From IMG/VR virus record IMGVR_UViG_3300032007_000028: a stretch of 64,000 bases of DNA, one strand, 5' to 3'. Positions within the stretch are counted from its first letter, which is position 1; each line of letters opens with the position of its first letter. The position numbers were made by a program, and so were the translations under genes. The notes under the pieces were generated by a model, which had not been told where the DNA came from, searched no databases, and worked only from the letters and a program-made list of their open reading frames with translations. Positions 10,059-19,061 of the stretch are shown here, in pieces. The stretch comes from a virus (lineage: Duplodnaviria > Caudoviricetes).

Positions 10059-10272
10059 ATATCCAACTCCCGTCCTTCAAGGAATCTCTTGCGTAATCGC
10101 GAGCCTTTATCATTTTCGCGTAACTGAGAAGGAACGCATCGTCCGAATTGGGTTCACTTTTGGACTCGAACATCTTCTTTGCTTCCGACTCCAACTGAGC
10201 GATTCTTTCGTCAAGTTCGCTCTCGCTCAACGCGTCGATTTGCTTTCTCAATTCCTTTTTGCTCATTTTCAT
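10051..10272 (-). CDS. Nested in-frame 73-aa gene (putative antitoxin) forming the tail of the 2122-aa ORF
   Basis: Internal promoter, AGAAGGTGG SD, ATG MKMSKKELRKQIDALSESEL; overlaps the start of the PemK-like ORF. Confidence 0.5.
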   Translation of the reverse strand: MKMSKKELRKQIDALSESELDERIAQLESEAKKMFESKSEPNSDDAFLLSYAKMIKARDYARDSLKDGSWIYA

Positions 10273-13200
10273 GTCCACCTTCTCGCTTATTATAGCACGC
10301 ATACACGAAGAATGCATCAACGATTTCGCACAGCGATGCTTTTCGAGAAGATTATAAGACGCGTTATGCGCTTTGTCAAGAGACAGAGATTCGTACATCT
10401 GCTTAAGATTGTCTTTCGTGTCCTCACTCAAATCGAACGCATTGAAAACGTCGTTGACGGTTACTGAACCGCGTTCGAGGTCTGTGAATATTCTTTGCGT
10501 GATTTCGTTCAATATATCTGGAGAATAGCGAGAGAATTCCAGCAACGCGTCTGGGAAGTCTTTGTGATAAGACCAAAGTTCTTCGCCATCGTCTTCGTTC
10601 GCTATGAGATAGAACCCAGAATCGAAATTCGACTTATCGAGAGCGGCTGCTTTGCCCTTCTCCCAGTTTTTCAGTTCGTCCCAATTCGATATCTGAGGAA
10701 CATCGCCTGCCCACTCCTCTTCATAGTCATAACCGGTCAACTTCTTATACTGTTCTGCAGACATCTTACCGTCGGTGACCGCTTCCCATTCGAGATATTC
10801 ATCGGGTATGGACCAGTCAAGGTCCTTGACGAAGTCGTCGACGTTGTTATACAGAATAAGCGTGCCTTCTTTATAATTATAAGCACTGTCGTTTAGATAA
10901 TGTCTGATGAAGTTGAAGTCGACTTTGCCTTCCGCTATGAGAATTTGTATCTCGTGCTCAGGATTTAATACTGCGTACCATGCTTCGCGCTCTTTGCCGT
11001 CAATCAAGCCCGCGACCTGCTTCACGAAAGGCGCATCGGGAATATACGTAATAGCAATATCGGCGTCGTTGAAAATCTCGTAATGTTTCCTGTCTGGATA
11101 TATGGCTAGTGCGTACTTTCTTCCGTTCTTTCTGTTGATGAAGAAATAGAAGAGTATACCGCTTTCGTGATAACCGTCCCAATGCTCTCTTCCGTTTTTG
11201 CCGTTTTCCCAACGCTTAGAGCCAGAGATGCACCACTTCGTTCCTTTACCGTACTTTACGGAAGCCTCATAATTCGTTATTTCGTAAACGAGCCAATCGT
11301 CGTTCTCGTAGACAAGTTCTGCGCCTTCGTCCTCTTTACGGGCGACTTCTGCCTTCTCGTCGTCCTTTTTCTGCAACGATGAGACAAGCGATGCGAATTC
11401 GCTGAACGGCTTCTTCATCCATGAGTATATGTCACGCTGTTCGCCCTTCAATGAGTTCTTGTACTTATTGAACACGTCGACCGCTTCCTTCGCGTAAACA
11501 CCGGAAGCCCAATCGCTGTATTTCATCGATTTATATCCGTCAGATATCCACTTCAAAAATCTTTCGGTATCAGCTTTCGCTTCCGTTAGCGACTCGTTCA
11601 TATCGATATGAAAATCGTTCTTCAATATATCCTTTATCTCATCTTCATCGTTTTTTAAGAACCAGAGATAGTCGAGCCAGTTTACACCTGCTTCTGCCGC
11701 GTCTCTTATATTTGCTTCTGTTATGTCGTCATAAAAATCGAAGTACTCGTTGAAATCATAACCCATTGCGTCTGGTATTTGAGGGTAACCATCGGGAAGA
11801 GTTGGGACATTTGGTATACCAGCCACTTTGCAGTCCTCTTGATTGAAAATCATTTCAGCGTGATTGCCAATAACGCCTACTGCGTGACGCATGTACTTGG
11901 AATCGTCTCTCGGTATGAAGAACAGAAAATACTCTATTCCCAAATTGTCTCTATAAGAATCCCAGTCATCTTCATCGGTTATACACCAAGTGGTGTTGCG
12001 ACCATATTTTCTGCTTGCTTCGTACGACGTTATCTTATATACGTACCAAACATCGCTCTCCGCGACTCTCTCTGCACCTGAATTCTCTTTGTCTATGAGT
12101 TCTTTTTTCTCTTCGCTCTTTCGTACGTAGTTAGTCAAAAAGTAGAAGAACTCGGACGGGTCTCTCTTCATCCAGTAGTAATAATCGGTCTCTTTTCCGG
12201 AGTTGTCTTTTCTATATGATTGAAACAGCGCAAGACAATCATTTGCACTGCGCATATATTCAGAAACATCTATGTCCGAATCTGACCATCCACGCCCGAC
12301 TTTCTGATATGCATCGTCTAGCCATTTTTTGAAGTTCTCGTCATCCTGTTTCGATTCCGTTAGCGATTCTCTGAATGTACTCAACGTTTTCTCTACGAAT
12401 CTATTGTTCACATCATCGTACTGATAGAGTTTAATGCCCTCCAATTTACTGAGCAGTTCTTTATAGGAAACCTCGTTTCTGTCCATGTAATGCAAAAGCT
12501 TATGAAGCAATTCCCTGTCTTTCCAGTCTTTCGATTTTATGAACCAAATGTTCTTGTATGAGTTGTCTTTCAAACCATTTTCGTATGCATCGCTCAAATG
12601 ATGTACACTAAGTTCCTTGGTGTCTATGATACCTTCGAAATTGTTGTCTTTCGCAATCTTTACTATGTTATTTTTTAGTTTTTTATTTTGATATTTCTGC
12701 TTGTTGGGCACTCCACTTGAACCTTCGTTTACGTTGTCGCTGTTCGTCGGCTCTTTATTTGTAATTGCCTTTATCTGATTTGCATCGAATGCAATATACG
12801 ACATGTCTCCACTTATCATGTCGCTGGCCTCGAAATTGTTCTGATAATATATACCGTCATAGCCTCTGTTCTTCAACAATCTTCTTAGAAGTCTTGATTC
12901 GTCAGAGTTGTATTTATCCGCAAACGAATCGCACTCTGCGGCCTCCGCATCAGACGTAATATCGGTTTCTTTGCCTGTGCCTAGAGACCTTCCATTAAAG
13001 AAAAGCACTTTGTTTATTTCCTTTAATTCATCTTCTGTCATGTCGAAATCGAATATGCTTCCATATTTATCGAACGACTGACTCCACCACCAAAATAGAA
13101 CAGAGTACGGGCCTGTTTCGCCAAAATCGTACATATATGCAGGATTCTTTATATTCAAATAATAAGAATAAACTTTGCCTGCATCAAATGGAAATTCATT

Positions 13201-16200
13201 TGCAATAGCTTGAGCCTGCGCTTTCGTCCCAAAATGAAAGCCTATATCGCCACGCGCGAATTTATCGAAGTTCTTATCGGTGCCGTGATACACAACAAGC
13301 AATTTTCCGTTGTTATCGCGAATACTGCTGTCTTTGAAAAACGCAATTTGCTCCTTACTTAAGACATTACCTTCGTTGTCTGTTTCTTGTAAATCTTCGT
13401 TTATATTGTCACTGCTTGTAGGATTTATATTGTCGACGCTCTTTATAGCGTTCGGTAAAAACACCTCAATCTCAGTACGACGATTCTCTATGTCTTCATC
13501 ACTGAGCACTATTATACCATCGTAACCGGACATCTCTGCCAACTCATCGAATCTCTTGTGTTCTCCCATTATCTTCTCATAATACATCTCAACGAGATAC
13601 CAGTCTCCAAACGGATGATACATGCTGTCGTAGAGAGCAGAATCGAATGCTCCGGTTGTATCGACTAGAATAGTAGATATGACGTCGGCATCGAGCGACG
13701 AATCGTTGTGATGAAGAATCACTGGGTTCTCTAGATTCAAGTACACGACTTTGTATTTGTCGCCATGCGAAAATATGTTTTCGGAACTCGTCGAAAAATA
13801 CATGCCATCTCCAAACAGACCTATCTTCGCGAGGCCTCTGTTGAACGTATCGAACTCATACTTAGTCGAATGATAGCAAACGACAAGTTCTCCTTTTTTG
13901 TTACGAACTTTGCTGTTCTTGAAGAACTCAATCTGCTCTTTACTTAAAGGATTGCCTTCATTATCCGTTTCTTGCAAATCTTCTGTTATTTTTTCGGTAT
14001 CCCAAAGTTTGTGTAAGGTATCCAAAATGAATTTATCCTGCTCTTCGTTGAAATGCCATCTAGTGTCTTTGTTCTTTTCGTACCACTCAAAAGGCGTGTT
14101 GTTGAATTCCTCACTCATCGCACACCAATCACAGCACATCTCTTCTAATGCGGATTCGGGCATCTTTGAGCAATCTAAACAACCATGAGGAGTTGGATTA
14201 TCTCTAGAGAATCCTTCGATATCTTTAGGGTCTACCCAATGTTCACAGTGATGTTCGTTATTGATAACATGCTTAAAAGTAGCATCGTCAATCATCGCTT
14301 GTTCTTCTTTTGTGATATCCTCTTTATTTTTGGACATTAAAGAATAACCAGCATATAACTCGTTGAACTTGTCGCTGTCATGGTTTGGATAACTTCTACC
14401 TATCTTCTTGGCATATTTATTTACTCTATCGATATGGGCATGAGTTCTCTCATCAAATTTCTTCTGATAATCTTCTTTATTGCCCTTTTTTACTACCTTC
14501 TCATTTAGATGAAAATAGTTTTTAATCATCCTAACTAATTTATAACCAGTCCAATTACCAATATTTTCATCCCAGTGATAATCTTGACAAGCCCCCTCTC
14601 TTAAACTAAAAACTTTATAAAAATCGGGTTTATTATTTTTCCATATTTCAACTTTACAATAATCTTCAATATCTAAGTATTTGTCAATAATTTCTTCTAA
14701 TTTTTTATATTGAATTTCATTGGGTTCATTAAATATTCTAACACAAGTATCTTCTTCGGCGTGAGTGTTAGAAAATTCAGGATACCCCATTTTTTCTAAT
14801 CCCTCATCTTCCCCATGATATTCATCGAGAATTATTAGTGAACCGTCTTCTTTTACATACCCAGCCGTACCGAGTTGGAATTCGTTTGTTTCTATATATT
14901 CTTGTAAGCGTTTGAAATAATGAACTTGCTTCAATCTCTTTTCAGCTTCTGCTTTGGTATCGTAAGTACCTAGGTTCTTTCCTTTTTCAGACTGAACCTG
15001 CCATTTACTGCCTTTTTTGACTATTTTTTCTGTCAACGACTCATCCATTTCGCGCTCGAACTGATAAACGCGAACTGGCTCAGGCAATACTGAATACAAA
15101 TCAGTTCTGTCGAAATCGTTGCCTAAGTCCGCAATCTTGAAGTCGCCGTAATCGTATACGTTTATCTCGAGGTTATAATCTATCACGTCATCATCAATTT
15201 CGTTCTTCGTATAGAAAAGATATCTGTCGATATAATACGCCGAAGCCGTAAGTTTCATATCGACTGCCTGGTCTTCGAGGTCCATATGAATGTAATTCGA
15301 ACCATCACCAACCACCCACATGCCAGAATCCTTCAGGTGAAGCAGCCTCAATATACCATAATAGTTACGTTGAGCGTACGCAACCAAATAGTTCTTGCAC
15401 TCATATACCGAATCGAAATACACGGCATCATAGTCTTCCGAGAACAAACAATGCGTGCTTTCGTTTATCTTATTGTAAGAATTATAGAACTTCGTACCGT
15501 CGTTCGTGGTATAGCCCCAATTTATCTCTTTATATTCTTTCTTCAGAGAGTCTATCAAAGCGGTCGCTATGCCTTTGCGACGTTCCGATTCCTTGACTTC
15601 AATCATCTGTATATACGCGGTATCCTCTTCGTCGTCAGCAACGGAGTACTGAAGATAGCCGAGAATGTTCTCTCGTATGATTCTGTCGTGTTCGTCCATC
15701 CAGTCATCGCCAACGTAGGCAATCTTCATGTAGTCGGATTGACCTGAATAACCACCAGTGCACTCTGTCCAGATGTTGTACTCACGACCTGCTTTGTCCT
15801 TCTTCGATTCTTTGCTCGATTCTTCAATATTCTTGCCGTTCGCATCTTCGAAAACCCTACCAAACGCGAACGTTCTTTTTAATTTTTCTATAATCTCGTC
15901 TGTCGTGTTCTCGTCGAAACGATACGACACGTAATCCGATTTGTCGGTCAGAAAACAATAGACGGCAGATTTATATTTCTGCACTTCGTCCAAATACTCT
16001 TCGATTACCTCGTATTGAGCGTCCGTCGGCTTCTTAAGCGCAACCAGCTTCGCACGAGGTTCTACGTACGTTCTTCCTTCGTTGAGCGTTATGATTCCCA
16101 AATCAGACTCGACGTAGTCCATGATGCGTCTATCGTCGTCAAGTTCGTATATTTCGTAATCGACGTCTTCGTCGTCTGGATACTCATCTCTCAAATCCTG

Positions 16201-16401
16201 CGCCAACGAATCGAATATGAGATGGAAGAACGTGAAATGCGTCGCGTCTCCGTCTAGATTCACGGACGTCAGGTCGTAGACGTCGCCATTCGGCAACACT
16301 ATCGATGGGCCAACTCCCAATCTTTCTGGACAGTTCAAAGACTGCGCGTATTCCTCTACGTCATCCAATGTAAACGACAAAAAACTCTTGACATCAACCA
16401 T
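10051..16401 (-). CDS. Giant polyvalent-like protein (~2116 aa): GNAT, HD-like, 2x ADP-ribosyltransferase-like, possible HNH-like, 2x WCI domains
   Basis: ERRKGIATAL (GNAT motif A); HDSDKF..HHCEHW..EMCCDW; two YH(S/G)T..YLN(L/I)xNP..GYDGI..IK modules; TTWCIT and TKWCIS; ATG 8 nt after late motif. Confidence 0.75.
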   Translation of the reverse strand: MVDVKSFLSFTLDDVEEYAQSLNCPERLGVGPSIVLPNGDVYDLTSVNLDGDATHFTFFHLIFDSLAQDLRDEYPDDEDVDYEIYELDDDRRIMDYVESDLGIITLNEGRTYVEPRAKLVALKKPTDAQYEVIEEYLDEVQKYKSAVYCFLTDKSDYVSYRFDENTTDEIIEKLKRTFAFGRVFEDANGKNIEESSKESKKDKAGREYNIWTECTGGYSGQSDYMKIAYVGDDWMDEHDRIIRENILGYLQYSVADDEEDTAYIQMIEVKESERRKGIATALIDSLKKEYKEINWGYTTNDGTKFYNSYNKINESTHCLFSEDYDAVYFDSVYECKNYLVAYAQRNYYGILRLLHLKDSGMWVVGDGSNYIHMDLEDQAVDMKLTASAYYIDRYLFYTKNEIDDDVIDYNLEINVYDYGDFKIADLGNDFDRTDLYSVLPEPVRVYQFEREMDESLTEKIVKKGSKWQVQSEKGKNLGTYDTKAEAEKRLKQVHYFKRLQEYIETNEFQLGTAGYVKEDGSLIILDEYHGEDEGLEKMGYPEFSNTHAEEDTCVRIFNEPNEIQYKKLEEIIDKYLDIEDYCKVEIWKNNKPDFYKVFSLREGACQDYHWDENIGNWTGYKLVRMIKNYFHLNEKVVKKGNKEDYQKKFDERTHAHIDRVNKYAKKIGRSYPNHDSDKFNELYAGYSLMSKNKEDITKEEQAMIDDATFKHVINNEHHCEHWVDPKDIEGFSRDNPTPHGCLDCSKMPESALEEMCCDWCAMSEEFNNTPFEWYEKNKDTRWHFNEEQDKFILDTLHKLWDTEKITEDLQETDNEGNPLSKEQIEFFKNSKVRNKKGELVVCYHSTKYEFDTFNRGLAKIGLFGDGMYFSTSSENIFSHGDKYKVVYLNLENPVILHHNDSSLDADVISTILVDTTGAFDSALYDSMYHPFGDWYLVEMYYEKIMGEHKRFDELAEMSGYDGIIVLSDEDIENRRTEIEVFLPNAIKSVDNINPTSSDNINEDLQETDNEGNVLSKEQIAFFKDSSIRDNNGKLLVVYHGTDKNFDKFARGDIGFHFGTKAQAQAIANEFPFDAGKVYSYYLNIKNPAYMYDFGETGPYSVLFWWWSQSFDKYGSIFDFDMTEDELKEINKVLFFNGRSLGTGKETDITSDAEAAECDSFADKYNSDESRLLRRLLKNRGYDGIYYQNNFEASDMISGDMSYIAFDANQIKAITNKEPTNSDNVNEGSSGVPNKQKYQNKKLKNNIVKIAKDNNFEGIIDTKELSVHHLSDAYENGLKDNSYKNIWFIKSKDWKDRELLHKLLHYMDRNEVSYKELLSKLEGIKLYQYDDVNNRFVEKTLSTFRESLTESKQDDENFKKWLDDAYQKVGRGWSDSDIDVSEYMRSANDCLALFQSYRKDNSGKETDYYYWMKRDPSEFFYFLTNYVRKSEEKKELIDKENSGAERVAESDVWYVYKITSYEASRKYGRNTTWCITDEDDWDSYRDNLGIEYFLFFIPRDDSKYMRHAVGVIGNHAEMIFNQEDCKVAGIPNVPTLPDGYPQIPDAMGYDFNEYFDFYDDITEANIRDAAEAGVNWLDYLWFLKNDEDEIKDILKNDFHIDMNESLTEAKADTERFLKWISDGYKSMKYSDWASGVYAKEAVDVFNKYKNSLKGEQRDIYSWMKKPFSEFASLVSSLQKKDDEKAEVARKEDEGAELVYENDDWLVYEITNYEASVKYGKGTKWCISGSKRWENGKNGREHWDGYHESGILFYFFINRKNGRKYALAIYPDRKHYEIFNDADIAITYIPDAPFVKQVAGLIDGKEREAWYAVLNPEHEIQILIAEGKVDFNFIRHYLNDSAYNYKEGTLILYNNVDDFVKDLDWSIPDEYLEWEAVTDGKMSAEQYKKLTGYDYEEEWAGDVPQISNWDELKNWEKGKAAALDKSNFDSGFYLIANEDDGEELWSYHKDFPDALLEFSRYSPDILNEITQRIFTDLERGSVTVNDVFNAFDLSEDTKDNLKQMYESLSLDKAHNASYNLLEKHRCAKSLMHSSCMRAIISEKVDMKMSKKELRKQIDALSESELDERIAQLESEAKKMFESKSEPNSDDAFLLSYAKMIKARDYARDSLKDGSWIYA
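10351..10379 (-). promoter_or_regulatory. Sigma70/SigA consensus promoter embedded in coding sequence
   Basis: TTGACA-AAGCGCATAACGCGTCT(17)-TATAAT. Confidence 0.7.
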
Positions 16402-16409
16402 AATCAATG

Positions 16410-16418
16410 AATTTAGCA
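16410..16418 (-). promoter_or_regulatory. Putative late promoter TGCTAAATT
   Basis: 8 nt before ATG of the giant ORF. Confidence 0.65.
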
Positions 16419-16432
16419 AAGAAGCGCGCTTC

Positions 16433-16807
16433 TCAAACGTGCTCTTTCATGAACCACAAAAACCAATAATCGAACGTGCCTTTCAACAAGGCAATATCGT
16501 ATTCGCGTCTGATTTCGTCTCTGACGCGTTTCCCTTCAGCGATTAACGACTTAAGCGTCAGCATGCGTCTTGTGTCAGGCCAAGAGCCCCCATAATATTT
16601 GACATCGTTCCAGCATCTGCACAAAGAAGCGTACTCAGACGATACAAGCGACAACGCATCATCAATAGCAGTCTTAAATACGCGATATTCTGCACGTAAC
16701 GTTTTTACGTCGTCGTCCTCGACTTCGCCCATCTCAATGACGAAATCGTTTCGTCGTAGAACGAACGAATCGTATTCATCGATGATGTTTTCGAGCGAGA
16801 ACTTCAT
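16433..16807 (-). CDS. Hypothetical protein
   Basis: 124 aa ORF, TATAAT just upstream. Confidence 0.6.
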   Translation of the reverse strand: MKFSLENIIDEYDSFVLRRNDFVIEMGEVEDDDVKTLRAEYRVFKTAIDDALSLVSSEYASLCRCWNDVKYYGGSWPDTRRMLTLKSLIAEGKRVRDEIRREYDIALLKGTFDYWFLWFMKEHV

Positions 16808-16860
16808 GAGTACATTATAGAGCTGAAACCGTCTTAATTCAATATTTTTCGATTTTATTT

Positions 16861-16992
16861 ATTTTTGCGTCAAACCATTTAATCGTTGTATTATATATTT
16901 AAAGAAAATACTATTTAAATAAATTAAAAGCATTTTCAAAAAACACTTTCATAATTCAAAAAACAAACGCCAAAAAACGTTATAGAGACGAA
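16861..16992. repeat. AT-rich element with CAAAAAAC iterons (copy 1)
   Basis: 3x CAAAAAAC; 21-mer CCAAAAAACGTTATAGAGACG is present inverted at about 44200-44220. Confidence 0.65.
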
Positions 16993-17025
16993 AAGAAAAG
17001 ACCTCTATTCAGAGGTCGTTTTTCT

Positions 17026-17211
17026 TTATATCGACTGAACGTTGTCTATAGCGAATTCCTGTAGAACGTACTTATCTTCTCCAGGCTCGAAATTCACGTA
17101 TACGACGCATGTTCCGTTACGTTCGTCTATTGACTGAAGAGTCCCTTCTTTACCGTCCCATATCGAGTCGGTATTGACGATTACGACTGCGTTACCTACT
17201 CCCATAATCAA
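17026..17211 (-). CDS. Small KOW/SH3-like beta protein
   Basis: 61 aa, VGNAVVIV..WDGKEGT..ID; ATGA-coupled to upstream gene. Confidence 0.55.
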   Translation of the reverse strand: MIMGVGNAVVIVNTDSIWDGKEGTLQSIDERNGTCVVYVNFEPGEDKYVLQEFAIDNVQSI

Positions 17212-17516
17212 TCACCGAACTTGCGTGCGTACTCTTGTTCTTGCTTCGCGTATTCGACGAATGCTTCGTAAGCAAGAGGCTCGCATCTGTCTTCGTACCA
17301 GCTTTCCATTTCGTCGAAGATGTTGTCAAGAGCGTCGAGGTCTTTCATCATGCTCCAGACGTCGTTGTCTTTGCCATCAAGTTCGACCATGTATTCTTTG
17401 CTGAAATACTCTCTGATTCCGTCAACGAAGATTTCAAACGGAACGTCATAAGTCCAATAATTGTCTTTGAAGTTCTCGTATTCGAACGAGTATACTACTT
17501 TGAATCCGCTTTTCAT
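17208..17516 (-). CDS. Acidic hypothetical protein
   Basis: MKSGFK start with GAGGAG SD. Confidence 0.7.
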   Translation of the reverse strand: MKSGFKVVYSFEYENFKDNYWTYDVPFEIFVDGIREYFSKEYMVELDGKDNDVWSMMKDLDALDNIFDEMESWYEDRCEPLAYEAFVEYAKQEQEYARKFGD

Positions 17517-17520
17517 CGAA

Positions 17521-18792
17521 TTACTCCTCTTCTTCAAGTTCCTTATCGAGGTCGACACGAGGGCTGACGCGCTCCTTCTTCACATCGACGATTGGTTCGA
17601 GACCGAGTTTCTTATCCCACTGATGTGCTCGTGCCAAGACTTTGTCGCTGACATTGTAGAGACCGTCGTCGTGATACGCTTTGTAGAGTTTGACGAACAG
17701 GTCTTCGAGGTCCTGATAGTCTTCCTTCGTCTCGAAATCTTCGATTGCGCCTTGTCTGTCTTCTCCGTCGGGCCAGATATAGAGCCAGGAGCCATAGTAG
17801 GCTTCTTCGTTGTTCATGCCTGAAATAATTTCATTGAGTTGCCATGCAAGCACGCCATAAGGAATCTTGCGAGCTTCCTCTTTGAGTTTTGTATCTTTAC
17901 CGAAGACGATGACTTTATCTTTCTTCGAAGATTTGTCTTTGCGATTAGAACGTTTAACGGATTCTTTGCACTCTTCGTTTATTCTTTCGAACTTAAGTTT
18001 GTGCCCGACAATCTTCTCCAAATCGTTGAACGACGTAAAGTCGCCAAAGCCTTCGTCACCATCGTCTTCAAGCCCTAATTTTTTAGCATCTTCAAGGGAG
18101 ATATCTGCTTTAAACTTATTTCTGTTGGTTTTATCGTTATAGACGATTATAGCGAACCACGGCGCATCTTTCACATCATTGTTATAGTCCCATTCAATTT
18201 CCCACTTATCGTTTTTTGACTTGCCCTCTTCTAAGTTCTCGTCGTCGATTACTTCATCGGCATCATCGATATCGCTTTTTGGAATACCAAAGGCTTTTGC
18301 GATTTGACTCAATTCTGTTTCTGTAACGTCTGCTCTCGGCTTTCCGTCTTTATCGAAGAAATAATAGCACATTACTTCTTCATCATCGTTTCTGTTTCCT
18401 GATTTATTCCAGAAAGCATAGGAAACATTGGAGCCATAAACATCGCCATATTCAGCTAATTTAAGTCCTAATTCTTCCGCTTTCTTTACTGCGTTATTGT
18501 AATTGCTGAAGGCTAAAATTTCTTTATCTTCGTTGCCCAATAAAGTATAGCCTTCTTTCACCTTCTTAGACCCTTTAATGAATTGTCTTTCGTTCTTCAT
18601 GGTTTCTTTCAAATCATCCTTTATGATTTCGTCTTTGTCGTTAAAATCAGTCGCCTCAACGTCGCCAATGAATTTGCGAATTTCCTGCTTTGCTTCTGCG
18701 AGCGTGTCGTAATACTCGTACCAGTCGACAATGAGATATTTACCGTCTCTCGTTTTGACGATTTCGTAGCCTTCGTAGTTTATGCTTTCCAT
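17521..18792 (-). CDS. Acidic multidomain late protein (probable head-packaged polyprotein)
   Basis: Late motif at 18813; LKE/VKE/LEE/INE linkers. Confidence 0.7.
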   Translation of the reverse strand: MESINYEGYEIVKTRDGKYLIVDWYEYYDTLAEAKQEIRKFIGDVEATDFNDKDEIIKDDLKETMKNERQFIKGSKKVKEGYTLLGNEDKEILAFSNYNNAVKKAEELGLKLAEYGDVYGSNVSYAFWNKSGNRNDDEEVMCYYFFDKDGKPRADVTETELSQIAKAFGIPKSDIDDADEVIDDENLEEGKSKNDKWEIEWDYNNDVKDAPWFAIIVYNDKTNRNKFKADISLEDAKKLGLEDDGDEGFGDFTSFNDLEKIVGHKLKFERINEECKESVKRSNRKDKSSKKDKVIVFGKDTKLKEEARKIPYGVLAWQLNEIISGMNNEEAYYGSWLYIWPDGEDRQGAIEDFETKEDYQDLEDLFVKLYKAYHDDGLYNVSDKVLARAHQWDKKLGLEPIVDVKKERVSPRVDLDKELEEEE

Positions 18793-18831
18793 GATATTGA
18801 CCTCAATCAAATAATTTAGCGTAGTCGAAAA

Positions 18832-19026
18832 TCAGTCGTAGTTCTCCCTGCGATAGTCTTTGCGGTGCTTTTCGCCCTTATGCTTTTTGCTCTCGATTAC
18901 GTGAGCGTGAGTGGTCATGATGTGATGAAGATGGACTTCGTTTCTCATCTTGACGTCAGACACATTCAAGTGCACGACGATTTTACCGCTTTGCGTCTTT
19001 TCGATTTTCTTCGTTCTCTTTTTCAT
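18832..19026 (-). CDS. Small basic His-rich protein
   Basis: 64 aa; TTGACA-17-TAAAAT promoter directly upstream (about 19033-19061). Confidence 0.6.
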   Translation of the reverse strand: MKKRTKKIEKTQSGKIVVHLNVSDVKMRNEVHLHHIMTTHAHVIESKKHKGEKHRKDYRRENYD

Positions 19027-19061
19027 GGTTACATTTTAATGCTTACGAAACTTTCTGTCAA

